Shown: piece by piece, positions 19,160 through 28,833 of the stretch
Layout of the letters: each line of letters opens with the position of its first letter
Position numbering within the stretch: position 1 is the first letter of the stretch
Source: Candidatus Latescibacterota bacterium
Lineage (GTDB): Bacteria > Latescibacterota > UBA2968
Length of the DNA stretch: 64,000 nucleotides
NCBI GenBank assembly: GCA_038279365.1
Contig: JAYODI010000004.1
Coordinates: forward strand, 1-64,000
Reading direction: 5' to 3'
Translations under genes and position numbers: made by a program
Notes under the pieces: model-generated
What the model was told of the DNA's origin: nothing
The model's database searches: none
The model's input: the letters and a program-made list of their open reading frames with translations, nothing else

Positions 19160-20575
19160 ATGGCTAAAATGAAATCCGTGTTTGTTGCTTTGCTGTGTTT
19201 GTTTTTTACGGTTTCTGTTCAGGCCAAAGATACGGTCAATTTGGTGGTACTCCATATCAATGACACACATGGTCATTTTTCTGCTTATGACTTAAATGGC
19301 AAGCGTGTGGGCGGTGTGGGGCGTTTGTCTTCGTTGATAAAAAAAGTGCGTGCTGAAAATCCCGATCAAGTTTTGTTATTACACGCAGGCGATATGTTTT
19401 CACGTGGCGAACCCGTTGTCATTTATACAGGTGGGCAAGTGAATCTGTTGGCGTTTGAGAAGATGGGGTTTGATGCAATCACCCCAGGTAATGGGGAGTT
19501 TTATTTTGGCATTGAAAATTTACAACGTCAAACGGCGCGAGTATCTACACCCTTTGTTCATGCAAATGTAACCTATAAAAATCACAACGGCTCGATTTTT
19601 CCACCCTATGTGATCAAAGAGGTTAAAGGTGTGAAGGTGGGTATCTTGGGCTTGGGCTTGATTCGAACGTGGCATCAATCTTCGCAAATGCTGGTGCTCA
19701 ATGATCCTGTAGAAACGGCCAAGAAATACGTGCTAGAGTTACGCCCTCAGGTCGATTTTCTGATTGCACTGACACATATTGGCGCAAAAAATGACAGTTT
19801 GTTGGCTGCGGCTGTGCCCGAGTTGGATTTGATTGTGGGGGGGGATTCACACACACAGTTTGATCAACCATCACGCATTACACGATCAACAGGTAAGGGC
19901 AGTGTGCCCATTGTGCAAGCACGACACTATTATCAATATTTAGGACGGGTGGATGTGCAACTTAAAAAGGAGAAGACGGGTTATCGGGTGACGCAAATCG
20001 ATGGTCAGTTGTTGCCCATTCATGATCGCATTGAGAGTGACCCCGAGATAGATGCATTGCTTGCCGAATATGCCAAGCCATTAGATGAGGTGATTGCAAA
20101 AACAGAGCAGGCGTTGCCCAATTCGCGCAATGAAAAATCGGCATTGGGAGATTTGGTGGGCGAAGCCATTTTACGCCAAACACGTGCAGATGTTGTGCTT
20201 TTGGAGCGTAATGGCAACACGCATGGTTTTGTGGCTGGAGATATTCCTTTGGGTGAGATTTATCGCCTTCGACAATATCGCGCTCCCATTATGCTCACAC
20301 GTTTGTCTTTGTCGCAAATTCAAGCCGTTTTGTCTGTGCGCAATTATCAAACGGCAGGGTGTACGTTTGTGCGTGAGGGCAAAGAAATCAAAGACCTGAC
20401 CATTCACGCCACACCCGATTCTGCAAGCACCTATTTGGTGGCCCTTGAACGTCAAGTTGCCTTTCGTCATTTTTTGCGAAGTGCCGAGTCCGATTCTGTT
20501 GCGTTTGATTTTACAGGTCAACGGGTAGATACTGCATTTGAACGGTATTTACGAGATTTAAAGGTGGTGAGATAG
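19160..20575 (+). CDS. Exported metallophosphoesterase/5'-nucleotidase family protein
   Basis: Signal peptide; HINDTHG, AGD, GN(G)EF, LTHIG and GGDSHT motifs; 5'-nucleotidase-like C-terminal domain. Confidence 0.85.
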   Translation: MAKMKSVFVALLCLFFTVSVQAKDTVNLVVLHINDTHGHFSAYDLNGKRVGGVGRLSSLIKKVRAENPDQVLLLHAGDMFSRGEPVVIYTGGQVNLLAFEKMGFDAITPGNGEFYFGIENLQRQTARVSTPFVHANVTYKNHNGSIFPPYVIKEVKGVKVGILGLGLIRTWHQSSQMLVLNDPVETAKKYVLELRPQVDFLIALTHIGAKNDSLLAAAVPELDLIVGGDSHTQFDQPSRITRSTGKGSVPIVQARHYYQYLGRVDVQLKKEKTGYRVTQIDGQLLPIHDRIESDPEIDALLAEYAKPLDEVIAKTEQALPNSRNEKSALGDLVGEAILRQTRADVVLLERNGNTHGFVAGDIPLGEIYRLRQYRAPIMLTRLSLSQIQAVLSVRNYQTAGCTFVREGKEIKDLTIHATPDSASTYLVALERQVAFRHFLRSAESDSVAFDFTGQRVDTAFERYLRDLKVVR

Positions 20576-20597
20576 GTAAAAAATATTAGGTATGGGT

Positions 20598-21734
20598 TTA
20601 AAACTCTCTGAGGAATCGCGCGGAAATGGTTAAGTAATCATTTGAGCGATCCAGTCGGCGGGCAATGTTGAGGCGAAAGAGGCGTTCGGTAATGCCAAGG
20701 GCTATGCCGATATCGGTTTTGAAGTCGGTGAGGTTGGTGTTTTGGAATCCGCTAAAAATATTGCTGGAACGGGGCGCGGTTTGTATCCAGCCCGTATCGG
20801 CAAAAAGGACAATATTAAACAGGTGTGAGGCGGGGATAGGGATGTGTTTGAAGATGTCACCACGAAAGAGATAATCGATGCTGGCCCAAATCATGCGGTT
20901 ACCCGAAAACGCTTTGATGTTATAACCGCGCAGAGTGCCCACGCCGCCTAAGTCAAAAAGAAATTGTTCGGCCACGTGGTCGCGGGAGCCCAAGCGTGCT
21001 TGCACAATAAAGGCTTGATTGCCCCATATCGTTTTTTGATGGCGTGTGAGGCCCAGTTGCAAACCGTTGTAGGCAAATTCGCGAAAGCCGCGTTCGTAGG
21101 TGGCAAAAAGATGCCACGAGTTGAGAAAACGTGGGGCTTTACGACGGGTGTCGTATCGGGCACCCAATTCCAATATGCCAATTTTGCCAGGTATAATGGT
21201 GGGGTTGGCGCGATAGGTCGTGTTGGGGCGAAACATGCTCCAATTTGTGGCCACGGGCATGTTGGCATAGGTAAATGACTTAAGCGATCCCCACAAATAG
21301 GTACGGGGTTTAACCACGTAGCTGATGTGAAAGGCAAAGCCATTTTTGGCACGAAAGTAATCTTGATAATCGCCTTTGTAAAGAATCGCAAATAAGCTGT
21401 TTTCTGCCGTGCGAATGATGTCCCCATCATTGGTAGCGGTGCGATCAAATACGGAGAATTTGAAGCCGTATTTTTTTTGTGTCCATTCCACACCCGTTTC
21501 CCAGCGAAAACCCTCACTTTGAATTCCGTATCCCGATTGTGCAAAAACCGAAAAGCCATTCCACGTAGGTGGAGACAGTTTGATTTCGTAACCCGTAAAC
21601 AAACCTTCCACACGGTTGTATCGGGCATTAAAACCACGCAAGGCATTTCGCAAATGCTCTTGGCGGTCTGTGGCGGCTTCCGAGGTGAAACTTAAAAGCA
21701 GGAGAGCAATGACAATTGTGCAAAGGGTACGCAA
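20598..21734 (-). CDS. Omp85/BamA-TamA-like outer membrane beta-barrel protein with no obvious POTRA domain
   Basis: Signal peptide, YNRVEGLF.G, LGG.GTLRGY, F.D.G, C-terminal Phe. Confidence 0.7.
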   Translation of the reverse strand: MRTLCTIVIALLLLSFTSEAATDRQEHLRNALRGFNARYNRVEGLFTGYEIKLSPPTWNGFSVFAQSGYGIQSEGFRWETGVEWTQKKYGFKFSVFDRTATNDGDIIRTAENSLFAILYKGDYQDYFRAKNGFAFHISYVVKPRTYLWGSLKSFTYANMPVATNWSMFRPNTTYRANPTIIPGKIGILELGARYDTRRKAPRFLNSWHLFATYERGFREFAYNGLQLGLTRHQKTIWGNQAFIVQARLGSRDHVAEQFLFDLGGVGTLRGYNIKAFSGNRMIWASIDYLFRGDIFKHIPIPASHLFNIVLFADTGWIQTAPRSSNIFSGFQNTNLTDFKTDIGIALGITERLFRLNIARRLDRSNDYLTISARFLREF

Positions 21735-21788
21735 GGTAAAATCCTATGGTGTTCTGTGTCTGGCGTAGATAAAGGGAGAGGGTGTGTT

Positions 21789-23162
21789 TTATTTTTCCAG
21801 TTCGTAATATTTGATTTTTTTGTGCAAGTTGGTGCGTTCTATGCCCAAAGACTTTGAGGCTTGGGTCACGTTGCCTTCGTGTCTGTCTAAGGCTTCTGCA
21901 ATATAATACTTTTCAACGGCTTCACGCACTTCGCGCAAGGTTTTACCCGGTGAAAGGCCAGGAATAGCGCTGCCATTACCTTGTGATTGGTTGGGCACAT
22001 GAAGGCCATCTAAGGCGGGCAAGTCGGCGGGTGTAATAGTGTCACCACTGACCATAATAGAAAGACGCTCCACTAAGTTTTTAAGTTCGCGAATGTTGCC
22101 CGGCCAATCGTATTGAATTAATAATGTCTCTGCTTCAGGGGAGAGTTCTTTGGGGCGAAATCCATTTTCATCCGCATAAATTTTGAGAAAGTGATTGGCC
22201 AATAAGGGCACGTCTTCGCGTCGTTCACGTAAGCTGGGTGCCACAATAGGAACCACATTAAGACGAAAATAAAGGTCTTCACGAAACTTACCTTGTTCCA
22301 CTTCTGAGGCCAAGTCTTTGTTGGTGGCAGCAATAACGCGTACATCCACACGAAAGGTTTGGTTGCCCCCCACGCGTTCAAATTCACCTTGTTCGAGCGC
22401 GCGCAATACCTTGGCTTGTACGTTGAGACTCATGTCGCCAATTTCATCGAGAAAGAGGGTGCCTTTGTCGGCTTGCAAAAATTTGCCATCTCGAGTTTGT
22501 ACGGCCCCAGTAAATGCCCCTCTGTCACTGCCAAATAATTCGCTTTCGATAAGTTCTTCTGGTATGGCGGCACAATTGACTTTGATAAATGGGTTTTGGG
22601 CGCGACGGCTGTTTTTGTGAACCGCACGTGCAATAAGTTCCTTGCCAGTGCCACTGTCGCCCAAAATGAGCACGCGCCCATTGGATGGGGCCACTTTTGA
22701 AATCTGGTCCCGAATACTTTGAAGGGCACGGCTTTCACCCACCATTTCATGGCGGCCTTCAATTTGTTTTTTAAGGTTCTGATTTTCAGTGGCCAGTTCT
22801 TTGGTTTGGTGGGCGTGAGCAACAGATAATAAGACTTTTTCGCGTGAGAGAGGTTTTTCCAAAAAATCGTATGCGCCCAACTTGGTGGCTTGGACGGCGT
22901 CTTGTACGGTGCTGTGCCCCGATATCATAATCACAGCGAGGTTTGGGCGAATTTTGAGCAATTGGGGGAGCAGTTCTAAGCCGTTTATATCGGGCATTAC
23001 AATGTCAAGCAGGGCAACTTCAATGGGTTCTTTTTGCAAAATATCGAGACCATCTTTGCCCGATTCAAACGCAAAAACTTCATATCCCTCACCTGTTAAA
23101 ATCATATCCAGGGTGCGACGAATGTTGCGTTCGTCATCAATGATGAGAATTTTTTGACCCAT
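21789..23162 (-). CDS. Sigma54-dependent response regulator (NtrC/NtrX family)
   Basis: Receiver domain (IIDDE, LDI.MP), GDSGTGKE, ELFG..RGAFTGA, LFLDEIGDM, WPGNIREL and a Fis-type HTH. Confidence 0.96.
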   Translation of the reverse strand: MGQKILIIDDERNIRRTLDMILTGEGYEVFAFESGKDGLDILQKEPIEVALLDIVMPDINGLELLPQLLKIRPNLAVIMISGHSTVQDAVQATKLGAYDFLEKPLSREKVLLSVAHAHQTKELATENQNLKKQIEGRHEMVGESRALQSIRDQISKVAPSNGRVLILGDSGTGKELIARAVHKNSRRAQNPFIKVNCAAIPEELIESELFGSDRGAFTGAVQTRDGKFLQADKGTLFLDEIGDMSLNVQAKVLRALEQGEFERVGGNQTFRVDVRVIAATNKDLASEVEQGKFREDLYFRLNVVPIVAPSLRERREDVPLLANHFLKIYADENGFRPKELSPEAETLLIQYDWPGNIRELKNLVERLSIMVSGDTITPADLPALDGLHVPNQSQGNGSAIPGLSPGKTLREVREAVEKYYIAEALDRHEGNVTQASKSLGIERTNLHKKIKYYELEK

Positions 23163-24619
23163 TAAACGTCTCCTGTTGTCTTTTCTGGTAAAGGCAAACA
23201 AATCTCAAACAGTGCACCGCCTGTGGGGGCCTCTGTTACCGATATATGCCCCCGATGATCTTCTACGATGCCCCGTACAACAGCAAGCCCCAAACCCATG
23301 CCACTGTCTTTGGATGAGATGTAGGGTTGAAAAATGCGCTGACGGTCTTCTTCTCTTACTCCCGGGCCATTGTCAGAGACGCGCAAAAATACTTCGTCTT
23401 CATCAATTTCTGTTTCAATGGCAATTTGGGCTTTTTCACCTGCGGCATCAATCCCATTTTCGATGAGGTTGATCAAAACGCGTCTGATTTGCTCAATGTC
23501 TACTTGCATGGTGGGCAAGTTGGGTGACAGGTTTTGATGAATACGGGCATCGGGGTAGAGGCGAATGACATCTTTTACGATGTCGTTGATGTTTTTGGGG
23601 GCCAGCAATAAGGCGGGCATACGGGCAAAGTCGGCAAATTCTTGTACGAGCGCACGCAAGTTTTCCACTTCTTCCGTGACAATTTCGGTGCAGTCTGTGA
23701 CCAATTTTTGATACATCGGATCGTCACCAGGATATTTGTCTTTGAGTTGTTGTACGGTGAGTTGAATGGGGGTGAGTGGGTTTTTAATTTCGTGTGCCAA
23801 CCGACGTGCAATTTCTCGCCACGCAGCAATTTGTTCGGCTTCAAGGCGTTTGCGTCGATTTTCTTTGAGGTCTTCGGCCATTTTATTAAACGATTCAATA
23901 AGCAGACCAATTTCGTCTTCTCGCCCCTTTGGAATGCGATATTCAAGGTTGTCGCGCGCCATTTCTCGGGTGCCCTTAATGAGGGCATAAAGCGGGTTGG
24001 TTACGCCAAAACCAATTCGAATCCCAATGAGGGTTGCAAGCAATACCACGCTGGCAGTGGCGGCCAAAAAGGCCAACAAGAAGGCTTGGTGTAAATCCGA
24101 TTCGGCCATTTCGATGTGTTTAAATGTTTGTACGGCCTGAGCAATGTTGAGCAAAATATCCAAGTGTTGTTCGGCAATGAGAACGGCTTCTGTTTGGTTT
24201 TGTATGCGAATGGGCAAGGTGAGTTGCAAAATGTTTTCCGACACCTTAAAAACATTGGGTGCCGTAAGGGTGTCTGTTAATGATGTGGTTTTTTCAAAAT
24301 GCAAGGTGACTTGTTTCAAGTCGTTTTGATTAAAATATGGGCGCAGCATTTCGGGTTGATTGGCTTGATAGGCTTGGAACAGATCGGCATTTTGTGATAT
24401 TTTAATGCCCACGTCTGTAAGCATGCGTTTGCGCGTGTCATAGTTTTCTTTGGCCAATGTAAGGGCGTCGGTAAGGGCATGCCCCATTTCTTGATTCACA
24501 CTGGATTGCAAGCTAAGATCTAAAAAATGGCGTGCCATAAAGGCCAATGCCACTGTGGTGCCCAAAGACAACCCCAACAGTGCACCAATAATGCGCCAAC
24601 GTAATGGAAAAGGTTTCAT
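23162..24619 (-). CDS. NtrY-like HAMP sensor histidine kinase
   Basis: Two TM segments, HAMP, AWREIARRLAHEIKNPLTPIQL, NL..N, DNGPG and GMGLGL motifs. Confidence 0.93.
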   Translation of the reverse strand: MKPFPLRWRIIGALLGLSLGTTVALAFMARHFLDLSLQSSVNQEMGHALTDALTLAKENYDTRKRMLTDVGIKISQNADLFQAYQANQPEMLRPYFNQNDLKQVTLHFEKTTSLTDTLTAPNVFKVSENILQLTLPIRIQNQTEAVLIAEQHLDILLNIAQAVQTFKHIEMAESDLHQAFLLAFLAATASVVLLATLIGIRIGFGVTNPLYALIKGTREMARDNLEYRIPKGREDEIGLLIESFNKMAEDLKENRRKRLEAEQIAAWREIARRLAHEIKNPLTPIQLTVQQLKDKYPGDDPMYQKLVTDCTEIVTEEVENLRALVQEFADFARMPALLLAPKNINDIVKDVIRLYPDARIHQNLSPNLPTMQVDIEQIRRVLINLIENGIDAAGEKAQIAIETEIDEDEVFLRVSDNGPGVREEDRQRIFQPYISSKDSGMGLGLAVVRGIVEDHRGHISVTEAPTGGALFEICLPLPEKTTGDV

Positions 24620-25251
24620 TGGGCAGGCTCCCGTAAAAGATGTGGGAGTGCACTGGGGCTAAATTGGAGCAAGTTGACCCAAGGGGTGGGTGGGTTGGGT
24701 TTGCCAAATGAAAAGAAAAATTCTAATAAACTGCCTTTGCGCAATATTTTGAGCCAGCGTCGGGTACGTTCTTGTTGCTCGGGTGTAATGGGGTCAATGT
24801 GAACGCGGGCTTGTAGCGTGAGTATTTCATTGGGCAAAGGCAAGCGGGTTAAAGACATGCCTTGCATGTGTGTGCAAATATGACGTATCTCTTCAAAGCT
24901 GTTTGATGTTAACGTATCAGGTGGGGTCGTTAGGCGTATCAAACGATACTGACCTTCCCAAATATCGTGATCCAATTGTTTGTTGATTTCTATTTGGGCA
25001 ATGCGGTTGTTGCCAGATCCTAAGAGCCTCAATTGCAAGGTAATGGAAGCCGTCATGCCCGATTCGATGGCATCAATATGGTTTTGGGTAAATGCCGAAT
25101 CGATGCTGACATCCAATTTGAGGGTATCAGATTGGACGTAGACCTCTAATTGGCTGGGCGAGAGCTGTTGCGCCAGTGAAGGGGTTGTTAACCCTGCCAT
25201 CAATATGCACAAAAGCATCATGAGCAGGTTTATGTGGTCATTCAATCGCAT
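24616..25251 (-). CDS. DUF4390-like exported protein
   Basis: Signal peptide; 'DAIESG...' and 'DIWEGQY' pattern; located immediately upstream of an NtrY-like kinase. Confidence 0.6.
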   Translation of the reverse strand: MRLNDHINLLMMLLCILMAGLTTPSLAQQLSPSQLEVYVQSDTLKLDVSIDSAFTQNHIDAIESGMTASITLQLRLLGSGNNRIAQIEINKQLDHDIWEGQYRLIRLTTPPDTLTSNSFEEIRHICTHMQGMSLTRLPLPNEILTLQARVHIDPITPEQQERTRRWLKILRKGSLLEFFFSFGKPNPPTPWVNLLQFSPSALPHLLREPAQ

Positions 25252-25265
25252 CCCGTACCCAGCAC

Positions 25266-26564
25266 CTATAGGTCAATGTTAATGCCGCCAAACCGATGCG
25301 ACTTGACAATGACGGTTCCCGTGGTGATACCAAAGCTGACGTCAATTCTGTTAAAAAGTAAAAAACCAATACCAATCGAAAAGTCTGTATCTTGCCGGTG
25401 TTGGGAGGTGTTGGGTATGGGCCTTCGAACCCCACCAGCCTCGGCAAACGTATAGGCCCGTCCTATGGGTTTGATCTGTACGCTGTAAACGGCTTCAGCC
25501 ATAAAAAATTGGGTGCCACCTTCAGGACCAATATCACGGCGGTCTACGCCGCGCAGTTGGTTTTCACCATCGAGATAAAAGCGTTCATAAAATGGAGGTG
25601 TGCCCCAAATTAGCCCTGCTCGCCCGCCAAGGGAGAGCAGGTGGTCGGGGTGGACTTGGAAATGGCGGTAGAGCTCGGTGCGCAGGCGCACAAAGTTGGA
25701 TACCGATCCCAAAACTTCAGAAGAAACATCTAAGCGAGCACCCAAATCCAGGCCCGGTTTGCTGCCCCAAATGGCCGTAGGTTGTTTGTGAAACTCAATG
25801 GTTAAAAAAGAGAGGGCTTCACGGCCTATTGCAGATTCTATTTCGTTGGCAAAAACGCCGCCGTTGGTCAAGATGGTGGGTTTGTCAAACGCGCCTACTT
25901 GAATGGCCTCAAAGGCATATTTAAAAATAAAGCGGTAGGCGCGGGTGGGCGAGGGTTGGCCTACGCCGAGGGATGCGCCAATGCGTTCCAAATCATAACG
26001 TCCACGCACATGAACATCTGAGCTGCGATACAGGTCTCGGTCGGCTGATGAACCTGTAACTTGAAAGTGGAAGGACTGATTGGAACGCAAAACCAAGGGG
26101 TCGGTGTAGTGAAACCCCCAACTTTTGAAGCGCTCTCCCAAAGTATAGGCGGCGCCCAAAACTTTGCCAGTACCGTTGAGATTTGCGCGGTGGGCATCTG
26201 CAGAGACGCCAAATCCGTTGAGTTCGGTATATTCAAGGCTTAAGCCCAAACCGCCAAAACGTTTTTCTTGTACATAAACCACCAGTATGGCCAACCCTGC
26301 ACGGCTACCGGGTTTGGCGTTGACCAAAACGGCTCGAAACATGCTCAGACGTTCGAGGATTTCGGTGCATCGTTCGATATCGCCTTGTTGCAGTTGGTCG
26401 CCTTCTTTGACGGGCAAAACCTGTTGAATAAATTCGGTGCGTGTTTTTTCATTGCCACGCACGTCAATTTTTTCAATGGAGTGGCCAATTCCACCTTGGG
26501 CATACAGATTTTGCGTGAAGGCACAAAACCCAATAAGGGCGATTACGGTAACAAATGTGCGCAT
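25266..26564 (-). CDS. Omp85/BamA-TamA family protein with one POTRA domain
   Basis: Signal peptide; POTRA 'IEKIDVRGNEKTR..FI'; NL.GTG; barrel motif 'ERFYL.G..QLRG'. Confidence 0.8.
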   Translation of the reverse strand: MRTFVTVIALIGFCAFTQNLYAQGGIGHSIEKIDVRGNEKTRTEFIQQVLPVKEGDQLQQGDIERCTEILERLSMFRAVLVNAKPGSRAGLAILVVYVQEKRFGGLGLSLEYTELNGFGVSADAHRANLNGTGKVLGAAYTLGERFKSWGFHYTDPLVLRSNQSFHFQVTGSSADRDLYRSSDVHVRGRYDLERIGASLGVGQPSPTRAYRFIFKYAFEAIQVGAFDKPTILTNGGVFANEIESAIGREALSFLTIEFHKQPTAIWGSKPGLDLGARLDVSSEVLGSVSNFVRLRTELYRHFQVHPDHLLSLGGRAGLIWGTPPFYERFYLDGENQLRGVDRRDIGPEGGTQFFMAEAVYSVQIKPIGRAYTFAEAGGVRRPIPNTSQHRQDTDFSIGIGFLLFNRIDVSFGITTGTVIVKSHRFGGINIDL

Positions 26565-26605
26565 AAATAAACCCACCTGAAACAAGATTGTTTTTCAGGA
26601 AGAAT

Positions 26606-26622
26606 GGCAAGAATCGTGCCGA
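26606..26622 (-). promoter_or_regulatory. Sigma54 (-24/-12) promoter of the Omp85-DUF4390-NtrYX-like operon
   Basis: Minus strand reads TCGGCACGATTCTTGCC (GG-N10-GC), about 40 bp upstream of the ATG at 26564. Confidence 0.75.
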
Positions 26623-26911
26623 TCAAGTTTGAGGAATTTGGAGATGTGATTTTTTTTCAAGTGTCTTAAAAATAAGGTATTATATTGTGATGCCTTTTTC
26701 AAAAAAACATACCTTTACGTGAAACGATAAGACATGTGTGTTTTTTTTGCAACAGGATAAATGGTGAGTATGATACGCCCGAGTATATGCTTGGTGGGAT
26801 TGTGAAATTTAAAGTTGTGTTGTATGTGGTGGGGGGGAGGGTTTGACAGATCGATTTTGACGGTTCATACAAGGCATCGGGTGATTTTTTGCTTTTGAGA
26901 GAGGATGGAAT

Positions 26912-27532
26912 ATGTCAGACATTTTGGTGGTGGGCATCACTGGTGGATCTGCGGCCGGTAAGACGACGTTTGCAAGTGCTTTGGTAGATGCGTTGCATCC
27001 TTTGCCGATTGTGACATTGAATCAAGATCGCTATTTTCGCGATTGGGACGATGTGCCCGAAAAAGAGCGCGAAGCCCAGCGCACATCCAATCACCCCCGT
27101 GCGGTTTTGTGGGATCATTTGACCCAACATGTTCAGGCACTAAAGGCGGGTGAGGCGATTGCTGTTCCTATTCCGGGTACGCGAGCGATGAAGCGCGGGG
27201 AAACACCCACGACCATAGAAAGTTGTCCACTGGTTTTGGTCGAGGGGCATTTGGTGTTTGGGCACGAGCCGTTGCGTGCGCTCATGGATGTGAAGGTGTT
27301 TTTGGATGTGGATACACACGAGCGGGTGTTGCGACGGATGTTGCGCGATACATCTCGGGGAAATATGGATTTGGAAGCGGCTGTGGCTTGGTATCGACGT
27401 GATGTGATTCCCAATTTTTCGGTGCATACCGAACCCACGCGCCGGTTTGCCGATCTTATTGTGCCATTTGAAGGCGAGGTGGATCGGGCCATTGAGGTGA
27501 TTGCCAATGGGATAAAAGGGATGATGATTTAA
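26912..27532 (+). CDS. Uridine kinase family protein
   Basis: VGITGGSAAGKTT, QDRYFR, HP.A, VEG, R.LRR..RD and ADLIVP motifs. Confidence 0.8.
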   Translation: MSDILVVGITGGSAAGKTTFASALVDALHPLPIVTLNQDRYFRDWDDVPEKEREAQRTSNHPRAVLWDHLTQHVQALKAGEAIAVPIPGTRAMKRGETPTTIESCPLVLVEGHLVFGHEPLRALMDVKVFLDVDTHERVLRRMLRDTSRGNMDLEAAVAWYRRDVIPNFSVHTEPTRRFADLIVPFEGEVDRAIEVIANGIKGMMI

Positions 27533-28833
27533 TCCATTAATCGGGCGTTGTATTGGCGGGATGTATTTTTGAAACCATGAAATGACCGTTTTGCATCTAA
27601 TTGGGTGGTGTAAATAAATATTTCTGTTGCCCACGGATTATAAATCAAGAGGTCGTCGTGGTGGTCTTGGCAGAAGTTGCCCGGAATACAGTGATACCAT
27701 CCCATTTTTTCAGGGCCAATAGGAGGAGGCAAGTTGGGCAGTGGGTAGGCATTGCCGCAGCCGTCAAACAGAGTGCCTCCATTGTAAATCAGGTCTATGC
27801 CACCGTTCCAATGAATGACTTCCATGCCGGTTTCATTGGGTGAGTGATTCAGTGAAAAATTTTGGATAATATTGCCTTTTTGATCTGCAATTAACAGATC
27901 TGGATTGTGCCCGTTGTAGCGAATGGCCATTTGGGGATGCGCGCGATCGGATAAAAAATGGCCCACGCGCACTTCTTGTCCGTGGGGTACTTTGTTTTCG
28001 CCCAAAGACAAAATAACTTCCCCATCTTGGTCGAGCACGTGGCCTCCTCCTGAGCAAATGGCACGAGGTGTGTTTGCATCCCAGTTCACAATGGCCACAG
28101 AGTCCATATTGGGAGCCAGTTGTTTTTCCCAGCGTGGTGTGCCATTGGCATTAAGGATGTAGTAACCCCCATTGATTTCGTCTAAACCGTCGTTGTTCAG
28201 GTCACCAATAGCAGGGATATACGCGGAGCATTGGCTGTATGTGTTCCAGGGTATGGTATATTGCCACAAAAGATTGAGGTGGTTATCAAAGGTGAGGAGC
28301 TTTTCTCCCAATTTTATGACAAGGTCTTGTGCATACGGTGTGCCACGTAGGTTTGCGATGAGCAATCTTTGGTGGCACCAATTGGGGCCCCATCCTGTTG
28401 CGTTTTGTATCGCGGCGGGATTTTTTTCTGTGATGATCTGTCCCGTTTGGCCATTTCGGATCTGAAAAACAACATCAGTCATGGCCTCCTTGGGGGTTCC
28501 TTTTTGTGGGCAATGATAAAAGCAAATCACTTCGTCGCACCCATCGCCATTGATGTCATAAAGGGTCACGGAAGCCGGCCGAAGGGGTTGGTTGCCACCC
28601 GATCCCACTTGCCAAAGAACATCACCTGATTCGGTGAATGCGGCCAAAAAACAAGGTTTAAGTTCGCTTTGGGCATCGCAGCGATAAACCAAAAAGTCGG
28701 CTCTGCCATTGCCTGTAAGGTCGCCAACACGAATATCACCACCAAATTTTATGGTTTGATTCTGCCATTCGGTTTGGGTGCACAGTGATTGGGGGATCGG
28801 AATTCGCTTTTGATACAAGGTGGGCATATTCAT
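27529..28833 (-). CDS. FG-GAP/Ca-binding repeat beta-propeller protein, distantly resembling family 11 rhamnogalacturonan lyases
   Basis: GDLTGNGRADF, YDINGDGCDEV and GDLNNDGLDEI repeats; ATGA overlap with the upstream ABC ATPase. Confidence 0.55.
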   Translation of the reverse strand: MNMPTLYQKRIPIPQSLCTQTEWQNQTIKFGGDIRVGDLTGNGRADFLVYRCDAQSELKPCFLAAFTESGDVLWQVGSGGNQPLRPASVTLYDINGDGCDEVICFYHCPQKGTPKEAMTDVVFQIRNGQTGQIITEKNPAAIQNATGWGPNWCHQRLLIANLRGTPYAQDLVIKLGEKLLTFDNHLNLLWQYTIPWNTYSQCSAYIPAIGDLNNDGLDEINGGYYILNANGTPRWEKQLAPNMDSVAIVNWDANTPRAICSGGGHVLDQDGEVILSLGENKVPHGQEVRVGHFLSDRAHPQMAIRYNGHNPDLLIADQKGNIIQNFSLNHSPNETGMEVIHWNGGIDLIYNGGTLFDGCGNAYPLPNLPPPIGPEKMGWYHCIPGNFCQDHHDDLLIYNPWATEIFIYTTQLDAKRSFHGFKNTSRQYNARLMD

